The notes under the pieces are model-generated. The model ran no database searches, was not told the origin of the DNA, and saw nothing but the letters and a program-made list of their open reading frames with translations. A DNA stretch of 64,000 nt from an uncultured Actinomycetes bacterium (GTDB taxonomy: Bacteria > Actinomycetota > Actinomycetes > Streptosporangiales > Streptosporangiaceae). The translations under genes and the position numbers were made by a program. Within the stretch, counting starts at the first letter, position 1, and every line of letters begins with the position of its first letter. The stretch covers positions 162,351-226,350 of the forward strand of contig CAVXMG010000029.1 of NCBI GenBank assembly GCA_963762735.1, given 5' to 3'. Positions 57,281-64,000 of this stretch are shown one piece after another.

Positions 57281-59150
57281 GGCCGTTCCCTTCGCCGTGT
57301 GCCGTTGCCGCGGCGGCGTCAGCCGCGAACCCCTTCGCCTGCAAGGCGAACAGCCGTGCATAAGTGCCCCGGCATGCCATCAGCGTGGCGTGGTCGCCCT
57401 GCTCGGCGACCACCCCGTCGACCAGCACGACGATGTGATCGGCCTCCCTGACCGTGTTCAGCCGGTGTGAGATCAGCAGGGTGGCGTGGCCGCGGCGGCT
57501 GGCCCGCAGGGTGCTATGGATCTCATGCTCGGCCTCCGCGTCCAGGCCCGAACTAGGCTCGTCGAGGATCACCAGGTCCCGGTCGCCGCGCAAGAAGGCA
57601 CGGGCCAGCGCGAGGCGTTGCCACTGCCCACCCGACAACAGGACGCCGGTCTCGGGGTTTTCCCTGTCAGCCATGTCGAAGAAGGTTCGCGTGAGCAGGG
57701 TCTGGTAGCCCTTCGGCAAGGCCGCGATGGTGTCGTGCATTCCAGCCTTCCCGGCGGCGGCCGCCAGGGCCGGGGCATCACCGGCCAGGCTGAGGTCGCC
57801 GACGGCGACGTTCTCAGCCGCGTTCAGCTCATAGGTCATGTAGTCCTGGAAGACCACGCTCATCCGGTCGCGCAGTTCCCCGGGGTCGAAGTCGCGCAGG
57901 TCGGTCCCATCCCAGAGGATGCGGCCGCGGTCTGGGTCGTAGAACCGGCAAAGCAGCTTCACCACGGTGCTCTTGCCCGCGCCGTTGTGCCCGACGAGGG
58001 CGATGGCCTCACCCGGCGGGAGGAACATGCTCACGCCGCGCAGCACCCATGGCTGATCCGGGCCGTAGCGGAACCACACGCCGTCGAACTCGACGCCGTG
58101 CCGCAGTGCCCCGGCGCTTTCCGCCCGGGCGGGCACGGGCAGGTCCGGTTCCTGGTCGACGATCTCCTGGTAGGCGCGGAACATCAGCAGCGCCTGGTAG
58201 GTCATGGCCGCATTGTTAATGATCATCGCCAGCCCGGAGGAGACGGCGAGCAGCGCCGAGACAAGCAGGGAGACATCACCCACGGTCAGCGCGCCGTGGG
58301 CGGCCTGGGAGATCGCCCACCACAGGCCCCCGCCGGTGACCAGCGCGGTCAGCGTGCCGAGCAACGTGTAGATGCCCAGTTCGCGGCGGTCAACCCGCTC
58401 GTTCTCGCGCTGCACGGCGCGCAGTTCCTCGAGCATCCTGCCCTGGAAGAACGGGCCGAGCCGGAACAGCCTGATCTCCTTGGCGGCGGCGTGGCTGGAG
58501 AGCAGGTTGGCATAGAAGATCTGGCGCCGTTCCGCATGGCTCAGCCCGGCTACCATTTCCGCGCGGCGCCGGGCGATGCCCAGCTCCGCGATCAGCTCCG
58601 GGACCGTGGCCGCCACCACGATGCCCGCCAGCAGCGGGCTCAGCACGATCAGCGCGACCAGGAACCCGGCGAGAGTCAGCGCCGAGGACACGATGCCGGT
58701 ACCCTGCGCCAGGATCATTCCCGGCCCTGACCGTCCCGCCTGCTGCGCCATGGAGAGCTGATTCTGGAAGCCGGGATCCTCCAGCCTGCGCAGCCCGGTC
58801 AGGCGGGTCACGGCGGTGAACAGTTCCACGTTCGCGTGCCGCTGGAATGCCCGGCCGGAGCGGGCCGACAGGTACTGGCTGACGTTCGGCAGGATGCCCG
58901 ATACGGCTCCCACCAGGGCAAGAGCCACGATCAGCGGCATCAGGCCTGCCTCTGGGCTCGGGCCGGCCAGGGTGTCAAGTACGGCCCGTAGCAGCCACGC
59001 GGCGGCGACCGGCACCAGACCGGCCAGCACGGTGAGCGCCAGCCGGATGAGGAACACCACCCGGTGTGACCGCCACGCCATGGCGATCACACCGGCGAGG
59101 GCCCGCAGCGTCGACCCACGCACGGCGGACCGGTCTCGCAGCGTCACCAT
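57273..59150 (-). CDS. ABC exporter, fused permease/ATPase
   Basis: ATG 59150. Six-helix TMD, Walker A GHNGAGKST, signature LSGGQWQR, Walker B LVILDEPSSGLD. No C39 peptidase domain. Confidence 0.9.
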   Translation of the reverse strand: MVTLRDRSAVRGSTLRALAGVIAMAWRSHRVVFLIRLALTVLAGLVPVAAAWLLRAVLDTLAGPSPEAGLMPLIVALALVGAVSGILPNVSQYLSARSGRAFQRHANVELFTAVTRLTGLRRLEDPGFQNQLSMAQQAGRSGPGMILAQGTGIVSSALTLAGFLVALIVLSPLLAGIVVAATVPELIAELGIARRRAEMVAGLSHAERRQIFYANLLSSHAAAKEIRLFRLGPFFQGRMLEELRAVQRENERVDRRELGIYTLLGTLTALVTGGGLWWAISQAAHGALTVGDVSLLVSALLAVSSGLAMIINNAAMTYQALLMFRAYQEIVDQEPDLPVPARAESAGALRHGVEFDGVWFRYGPDQPWVLRGVSMFLPPGEAIALVGHNGAGKSTVVKLLCRFYDPDRGRILWDGTDLRDFDPGELRDRMSVVFQDYMTYELNAAENVAVGDLSLAGDAPALAAAAGKAGMHDTIAALPKGYQTLLTRTFFDMADRENPETGVLLSGGQWQRLALARAFLRGDRDLVILDEPSSGLDAEAEHEIHSTLRASRRGHATLLISHRLNTVREADHIVVLVDGVVAEQGDHATLMACRGTYARLFALQAKGFAADAAAATAHGEGNGHG

Positions 59151-59180
59151 GGATTTACCCACGACAGCCTCGGCGTGTTT

Positions 59181-59291
59181 GGGGGTTCCGGGGGCCCCGG
59201 GCCAGCCCGCGCGATGGGGCCTGCCGGCTTGCCGGCCAGGCGCCATCGGCGCCCCGGGGGGTTCCGGGGGGTCGCTCCCCCGGGCTAGCAC
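59181..59291. repeat. interspersed repeat, copy 5 (two core motifs) inside the peptide operon
   Basis: GGGGGTTCCGGGGG at 59181, then ...CCCCGGGGGGTTCCGGGGGGTCGCTCCCCCGGGCTAGCAC ending at 59291. Confidence 0.8.
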
Positions 59292-59296
59292 TGTGG

Positions 59297-59839
59297 TCAG
59301 GCCATGGCGGGCTCTGGCAGGTCGGCCGGGTCGTAACCGGAGGCAAGCACCGCGCCATCCGCGCTGAGCAGGCAGAAAGCCGGGTACCCGCTGACCTTGA
59401 AGGCCTTGCCGATCTCGCCGTCTTCCTGCTCCATGCTGATCTGCGCGAACTCGGCGAGGCTCTCCAGGTACGGGGGCGGCTGGGCTTCGTCGCCGACCAC
59501 GACCGCCAGCGCGTTCGCCCGGTCGACGTGATGCGCGGCCAGGTATTCCAGCAGCGGCGGGACTCGCTCCGGGCAGATGGAGCACTTGGTCGAGAAGAAG
59601 CCGACGATCCGAATCGCGGCACCGGCATCCACGAACTGCCCGTCAACGGTCGTCGCGGAGAACGCCGCGGGTGACTCACCCTCGGCCAGCCCGATGACGT
59701 CAGGCCCGGCCATTCCCCGGCCCCGTTCTGCGAGCATCGCTGTGTGTTCCTTGAGCCGGCGGATCACGCCGAAGGTCAGCAGCAAATCCAGCAGGCAAAG
59801 GGCACCTACGACCGCGACGGCGGCAATGAGGATGGGCAT
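59297..59839 (-). CDS. membrane-anchored thioredoxin-fold thiol:disulfide oxidoreductase (TlpA/ResA/MauD-like)
   Basis: GGGAGA RBS and ATG 59839. N-terminal TM helix PILIAAVAVVGALCLLDLLLTF. CxxC motif FFSTKCSICPERV. Confidence 0.8.
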   Translation of the reverse strand: MPILIAAVAVVGALCLLDLLLTFGVIRRLKEHTAMLAERGRGMAGPDVIGLAEGESPAAFSATTVDGQFVDAGAAIRIVGFFSTKCSICPERVPPLLEYLAAHHVDRANALAVVVGDEAQPPPYLESLAEFAQISMEQEDGEIGKAFKVSGYPAFCLLSADGAVLASGYDPADLPEPAMA

Positions 59840-59884
59840 GGTGTCTCCCGGATGGGTTCGGATCTGCAGGGGGAGCGGCCGGTC

Positions 59885-59927
59885 GCTGCGGCCGCCGCAC
59901 GGGCCGGCCGCGCGGCGCGACCGCAGC
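59885..59927 (-). terminator. GC-rich intercistronic stem-loop just after the peptide gene (candidate leaky terminator/attenuator)
   Basis: GCTGCGG (59885-59891) pairs with CCGCAGC (59921-59927), with further inner pairs. Sits in the 105-nt gap between the peptide stop and the thioredoxin start. Confidence 0.35.
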
Positions 59928-59944
59928 AACCGGCCTGGTGTGCC

Positions 59945-60145
59945 TCAGCAGCAGACGTTCGCCTTGTTGCAGGCGCCGCATGCGTACTGGCAGGCGCAGT
60001 CGTAGTGGCAGTACTTCAGGTAGGTGTGGCAGCCACTGCAGTAGCAGATGACTTCCTGCCCGTCCGGCGGACAGCACGCGCCCGCGCGGGCGCTCGGCAC
60101 CACCGCGCTGAGCATGCGGTCGGCGATCGCGGCGACAACACGCAT
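59945..60145 (-). CDS. 66-aa precursor of a 12-cysteine secreted peptide (23-aa leader ending ARAGA, 43-aa Cys-rich core)
   Basis: MRVVAAIADRMLSAVVPSARAGA-CCPPDGQEVICYCSGCHTYLKYCHYDCACQYACGACNKANVCC. AAGGGGA RBS about 7 nt upstream and high GC3. First gene of the operon. Confidence 0.7.
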   Translation of the reverse strand: MRVVAAIADRMLSAVVPSARAGACCPPDGQEVICYCSGCHTYLKYCHYDCACQYACGACNKANVCC

Positions 60146-60246
60146 AAGTTTCCCCTTTCACCTCGATGGACTGGCTGGCGCTGGCTGCCGGCGTGGCCCG
60201 GTGGGCGTGCCGGGCAGTGTCGCGTGGTCCCAGGCTCGGCAGCGCG

Positions 60247-60286
60247 GGTAGCGGCCGGGTAGCCCGGCGGTAGCGCACCGATAGCG
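60247..60286. promoter_or_regulatory. four direct heptamers phased at exactly 11 bp (SARP-box-like)
   Basis: GGTAGCG (60247), GGTAGCC (60258), GGTAGCG (60269), GATAGCG (60280). About 100-140 bp upstream of the peptide ATG, in a divergent intergenic region. Confidence 0.55.
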
Positions 60287-60382
60287 CGGCTGTCCAGGCG
60301 GCCGCCGGGGCTCTTAGGCCATACGGGGCCGGTGGCCGGCGTCACGGCCAAGCAGGGCCAGCGGATGCGGCAGGATGGAGTC

Positions 60383-61335
60383 ATGCAGCAGCCGCGGAAC
60401 TTCTCGCTGTACGGCGCCGTCGACCTCGGCGCCCGCCAGGCGGCCTCACAGCGCCAGCAGGCCTCAGCCGCCGCCAGCCAGGGTGCTGCCCACAGCGAGT
60501 ACGTGTTCGACGTTACAGAGGCGACATTCGAGACGGACGTGCTGGAGCGCTCCCGCACCGTCCCCGTGATCATGGACCTGTGGGCCGAGTGGTGCGGGCC
60601 TTGCAAGCAGCTCAGCCCGGTGCTGGAACGGCTGGCCAACGAAGCCGCCGGGGCCTGGGTCCTGGCCAAGGTGGACGTGGACGCCAACCCGCAGCTCAGC
60701 GCGGCACTGCAGGTGCAGAGCATCCCGATGGTGCTGGCCGTGATCGGCGGCCAGCTGGCCCCGGGCTTCCTCGGTGCCCTGCCCGAGGCTCAGGTGCGCC
60801 AATGGCTAGACCAGGTGCTCGAGGTGGCGCAGCAACTCGGGCTGCCCGGCGCCGGCGATCAGCCCCCGGCGGGCCCGGAGGACGAGGCCGACGGCGAAGG
60901 GCTGGCCGGTCTGGACGGGCTTCGCGAGCCGGAACTGGCCGAGGCGCAGCAGGCCATGGAACGCGGCGACCTCGATGCCGCTGCCGACGCCTTCGAGCGG
61001 ATGCTGGCGAACGACCCCGGCCAGCCGGTGGCCACCGTGGGCCTGGCACAGGTGAACCTGTTCCGGCGGGTCAACTCCTACGACCCGGCCCAGGCCCGCA
61101 AGGACGCCGCCGCGCATCCGGGCGACGTGGACGCCCAGATCCGGGTCGCCGACATCGAGATGTCCCTGGGCAACGCCGAAGAGGCGTTCGACGGCTGCTC
61201 GGCGTCATCCGCCGGACCACCGGTGAGGACCGGAACAAGGTCAGGCAGCACCTGGTCGGCCTGTTCGAGATCTTCCCGCCCCGCGACCCGCGCGTCACGA
61301 AGGCCCGCAGTACCCTGTCGAGCCTGTTGTTCTAG
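60383..61335 (+). pseudogene. YbbN-like thioredoxin-domain/TPR co-chaperone; one nt missing at about 61192
   Basis: WAEWCGPCK thioredoxin motif and TPR-like region in one frame up to ...NAEEAFD. The conserved C-terminus RLLGVIRRTTGEDRNKVRQHLVGLFEIFPPRDPRVTKARSTLSSLLF* is in the next frame. Confidence 0.8.
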
Positions 61336-61338
61336 TAA

Positions 61339-61415
61339 GTGCTGGCCCGGGGGAGCGACCCCCCGGAACCCCCCGGTGGCCTCAGGCCCGTTCCTTCGTC
61401 CACGGGGCCTGGGCC
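61339..61415. repeat. interspersed double-hairpin repeat, copy 6 (full length)
   Basis: GTGCTGGCCCGGGGGAGCGACCCCCCGGAACCCCCCGGTGGCCTCAGGCCCGTTCCTTCGTCCACGGGGCCTGGGCC. Contains the MarR stop codon. Confidence 0.85.
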
Positions 61416-61915
61416 GCTGGCCCGGGGAGCCGACTCCGGGGGTCGGCGTCGGCTAGCTGCTCCAGGGCCGGGAGCGCGGCGGCCAGGGCCGCCCGCTGTT
61501 CGGCGGTGAGCGTCCGCAGCCGGTCGGCCAGCAGGATCATGCTCTGCTCGCGGATCCGCTCGAGCACCTCGTGGCCCGCGGGCGTGATCGTCAGCGTGCT
61601 GGCCCGCGCATCGCCAGGCACCGGGCACCGCTCCACATAACCGCTCTCCTCCAGCACGGTGACCAGCCGGGTGAGAGTGGACGGGGCGATCTTCTCCGCC
61701 GCGGCCAGGTCGCCGAGCCGCAACGGCCCGATCCGGTCCACGGTGGAAAGTGCGGAGAGCCGGGTGGGCGTGAGGCCGGCCAGCTCGTGGCGGCGCAGCC
61801 AGCGCGACAGCCGTGCAATGGCCACCCTCAGCCGGGCGACGTCGATCGCCGGTGCAGGCGGCGCGGCCTCCCCGGTACCGCCCGGGCGCCGCCCGGTCAC
61901 ACTACCCTGGGGCAT
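61382..61915 (-). CDS. MarR family transcriptional regulator
   Basis: ATG 61915. LTPTRLSALSTVDRIGPLRLGDLAAAEKIAPSTLTRLVTVLEESGYVER winged helix. Confidence 0.85.
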   Translation of the reverse strand: MPQGSVTGRRPGGTGEAAPPAPAIDVARLRVAIARLSRWLRRHELAGLTPTRLSALSTVDRIGPLRLGDLAAAEKIAPSTLTRLVTVLEESGYVERCPVPGDARASTLTITPAGHEVLERIREQSMILLADRLRTLTAEQRAALAAALPALEQLADADPRSRLPGPAAQAPWTKERA

Positions 61916-61997
61916 TCTTGAAGGGTACGTGGCGGCCGGGCCACCCCGCGCCCACACGACGCGAATCCGGCTGCCCCGCGCGCCGCGTCGCCTGCCA

Positions 61998-62074
61998 GGC
62001 CGGGGCCCGTGACGCAGAACGGGGCCCCGGGCCACCCGGGGGTTCCATGGGGGCCGCTTCCTCCAGGCCAGCGC
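61998..62074. repeat. interspersed double-hairpin repeat, copy 7 (full length, diverged, inverted relative to copy 6)
   Basis: GGCCGGGGCCCGTGACGCAGAACGGGGCCCCGGGCCACCCGGGGGTTCCATGGGGGCCGCTTCCTCCAGGCCAGCGC. Confidence 0.7.
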
Positions 62075-62151
62075 TGGTTCGGCAGCTGGCCTCGGGTGAT
62101 GGCACGATGTGATCGTCGGGCAGTGCCGGGCGCGCCGGGCGGCCGGGCCAG

Positions 62152-63564
62152 GTGAAGGCGGAGGAGCCAGTGTCGGTAGCCCCGAGCGTGTCGTATTCGA
62201 TTACCGTGCGCCTTGAGGTGCCCTCGCGGGGCCGGGCGGTCAGTGACCTGACCCATGCGGTCGAGCAGGCGGGCGGCGCCGTCACCGCCCTGGACGTGAC
62301 CCCGTACCGCTACGAGCAGCTCCGGGTCGATGTCACCTGCGCCGCCAGGGACACCGATCACGCCGAAGAGATCGTCCAGGCCATGACGGCGATCCCTGGC
62401 GTCGTGGTGAACAAGGTCAGCGACCGCACCTTCCTGCTGCATCTCGGCGGCAAGATCGAGACGAACGTGAAGGTGCCGCTGCGCAACCGGGACGACCTGT
62501 CGATGGCTTACACGCCCGGGGTGGCCAGGGTGTCGCTGGCCATCGCGGCCAACCCCGACGACGTGCGGCGGCTGACCGTCAAGCGCAACAGCGTGGCCGT
62601 GGTGACCGACGGCTCGGCGGTGCTGGGCCTCGGCAACGTGGGCCCGTACGCGGCCATGCCGGTGATGGAGGGCAAGGCCGCCCTGTTCAAGCGGTTCGCG
62701 GGCATCGACGCCTGGCCGCTCTGCCTGGACACCCAGGACACCGACGAGATCGTCCGGACGGTGCAGATCATCGCGCCGGCGTTCGGCGGCATCAACCTGG
62801 AGGACATCAGCGCTCCGCGGTGTTTCGAGGTGGAGCGGCGGCTGCGGGAACTGCTGGACATCCCGGTCTTCCACGACGACCAGCACGGCACCGCCATCGT
62901 GGTGCTCGCCGCGCTGACCAACGCGCTGCGCGTGGTCGGCAAGAAGCTCGCGTCTGTGCGCATCGTCATGGCCGGTGCCGGTGCCGCCGGTACCGCGGTG
63001 CTCAAGCTGCTGCTGGCCTCCGGTGCGTCCGACGTCATCGTCTGCGACGACCAGGGCGCGGTCCACGCGGGCCGCGCGGGGCTGGGGGAGAGCCTGCAAT
63101 GGGTCGCCGAGCACACCAACTCCGGGCGTTACGCCGGCGACCTGGCCGGCGCGCTGCCCGGCGCGGACGTGTTCATCGGCGTGTCCGTGTCGAACATCCT
63201 CACCGGCGAGAACATCGAGACGATGGCGCGGGATGCGATCGTCTTCGCGCTCGCCAACCCCGATCCCGAGGTGGACCCCGACGCCGCTGGTGAGTACGCC
63301 GCGGTGGTCGCGACCGGGCGCAGCGACTACCCCAACCAGATCAACAACGTGCTCGCCTTTCCCGGGGTGTTCCGCGGCCTGCTGGACGCGCAGAGCCGTG
63401 CGGTCACCGACGACATGCTGGTCGCCGCCGCCCGGGCGCTGGCGGGCGTGGTTTCCCCTGCCGAACTGGGCCCGCACTACATCGTCCCGTCGGTGTTCCA
63501 CCCCGATGTGGCGTCCGCCGTGGCCGCGGCGGTCCGTGACGCCGCTGGCGGTCGCCACCGCTGA
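62152..63564 (+). CDS. NAD(P)-dependent malic enzyme (with N-terminal ACT-like domain)
   Basis: LSMAYTPGVARV...VAVVTDGSAVLGLGN.GP.AAMPVMEGKA.LFK.FAGIDA...INLEDISAP.CF motifs. Confidence 0.9.
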   Translation: MKAEEPVSVAPSVSYSITVRLEVPSRGRAVSDLTHAVEQAGGAVTALDVTPYRYEQLRVDVTCAARDTDHAEEIVQAMTAIPGVVVNKVSDRTFLLHLGGKIETNVKVPLRNRDDLSMAYTPGVARVSLAIAANPDDVRRLTVKRNSVAVVTDGSAVLGLGNVGPYAAMPVMEGKAALFKRFAGIDAWPLCLDTQDTDEIVRTVQIIAPAFGGINLEDISAPRCFEVERRLRELLDIPVFHDDQHGTAIVVLAALTNALRVVGKKLASVRIVMAGAGAAGTAVLKLLLASGASDVIVCDDQGAVHAGRAGLGESLQWVAEHTNSGRYAGDLAGALPGADVFIGVSVSNILTGENIETMARDAIVFALANPDPEVDPDAAGEYAAVVATGRSDYPNQINNVLAFPGVFRGLLDAQSRAVTDDMLVAAARALAGVVSPAELGPHYIVPSVFHPDVASAVAAAVRDAAGGRHR

Positions 63565-63621
63565 CCGTGCCACTGCGGCCGGGCGGGATTGCGGGTGCCC
63601 GGGATCGGCGAGAATGGAGGC

Positions 63622-64000
63622 ATGGACGAGGTCCGGGCGGGGCGGCTGCTGGTAGCAACACCGATGCTGGGGGACCCTAACTTCAAGCGCACCGTGGTGC
63701 TGATCGTGGAGGACGAGCCCGAGGAGGGGACTCTCGGCGTCGTGCTGAACCGGCCGACAAAGGTGCCCGTCGGGCGCGTGCTCGAGCCGTGGACGGAACT
63801 GGTCAGCGACCCGTCCGTGGTCTTCAAGGGCGGGCCGGTCGCGCCGAACAGCGCGCTGGGGCTGGCCAGCGTGCCGGGCAAGGAGGAGCCCGTGGGGTGG
63901 CGGGCGCTCGAATCCGCGCCGCTCCCGTCCCGTGTCGGCCTGATCGACCTCGACACCCCGCCGCAGCTCGTGGCGGGGGGTATCGCCTCGTTCCGGGTGT
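63622..64000 (+). CDS. YqgE/AlgH family (UPF0301) protein, 3' end cut by window edge
   Basis: ATG 63622 gives MDEVRAGRLLVATPMLGDPNFKRTVVLIVEDEPEEGTLGVVLNRP... Open to the window end, so absent from the ORF track. Confidence 0.8.
   Translation, partial: MDEVRAGRLLVATPMLGDPNFKRTVVLIVEDEPEEGTLGVVLNRPTKVPVGRVLEPWTELVSDPSVVFKGGPVAPNSALGLASVPGKEEPVGWRALESAPLPSRVGLIDLDTPPQLVAGGIASFRV

Noticed and set aside
59945-60145. The Cys-rich ORF as a lanthipeptide, thiopeptide, lasso or sactipeptide precursor, or as a cytoplasmic metallothionein.
   Set aside because: No dehydratase, cyclase, YcaO, radical-SAM or lasso genes lie within 10 kb. The presence of a leader, exporter, extracytoplasmic thioredoxin and signal peptidase argues against a cytoplasmic metallothionein. 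A lipoprotein signal (A-G-A-C lipobox-like) is possible, but the leader contains charged residues in its core.

Overview
High-G+C (about 70% by eye) actinobacterial chromosomal DNA; mycothiol-type enzymes, a SARP regulator and the tlyA-nadK-recN-steA-steB gene order point to a filamentous actinomycete. I found no rRNA, intact tRNA, CRISPR array, transposase or integrase. Layout: (1) 1-20 kb is conserved core: DUF1015, TPR protein, HAD phosphatase, ABC-2 exporter, nei, SCP2, tlyA-nadK-recN, a secreted PQQ-like beta-propeller, and a translationally coupled envelope operon steA-steB-GT4-murJ-GT1. (2) 20-25 kb holds an AT-rich gap, a Pro-rich membrane protein, a DUF4397 protein, class F sortase, an MBL hydrolase and a mycothiol-dependent isomerase-family protein. 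(3) 25-32 kb holds uvrA behind a RecA-NDp/PafBC-type promoter, a predicted pseudokinase and small regulator pairs with clear palindromic operators. (4) 32-42 kb is a seven-gene one-carbon/methyl-transfer operon led by a PucR regulator. (5) 42.2-46.1 kb is a lower-G+C scar that begins with a tRNA-Phe 3' fragment fused to a CDS end and contains decayed genes. (6) 46-53 kb holds satP, an XRE regulator, NUDIX and aromatic-catabolism genes. (7) 53-60.3 kb is the most interesting part: a SARP regulator beside an operon encoding a 66-aa precursor with a 12-cysteine core, a MauD-like thioredoxin, an ABC exporter, MauE and a private signal peptidase I, preceded by four heptamers phased at exactly 11 bp. 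(8) 60.4-64 kb holds a YbbN-like thioredoxin, MarR, malic enzyme and yqgE. Two window-wide features stand out. An interspersed ~75-bp double-hairpin repeat occurs in at least 8 copies and often supplies stop codons. About 11 frame interruptions fall in otherwise conserved genes, so either the assembly has indel errors or there is real gene decay. Many long ORFs in the supplied track are antisense or off-frame shadows typical of high-G+C DNA and were not called.
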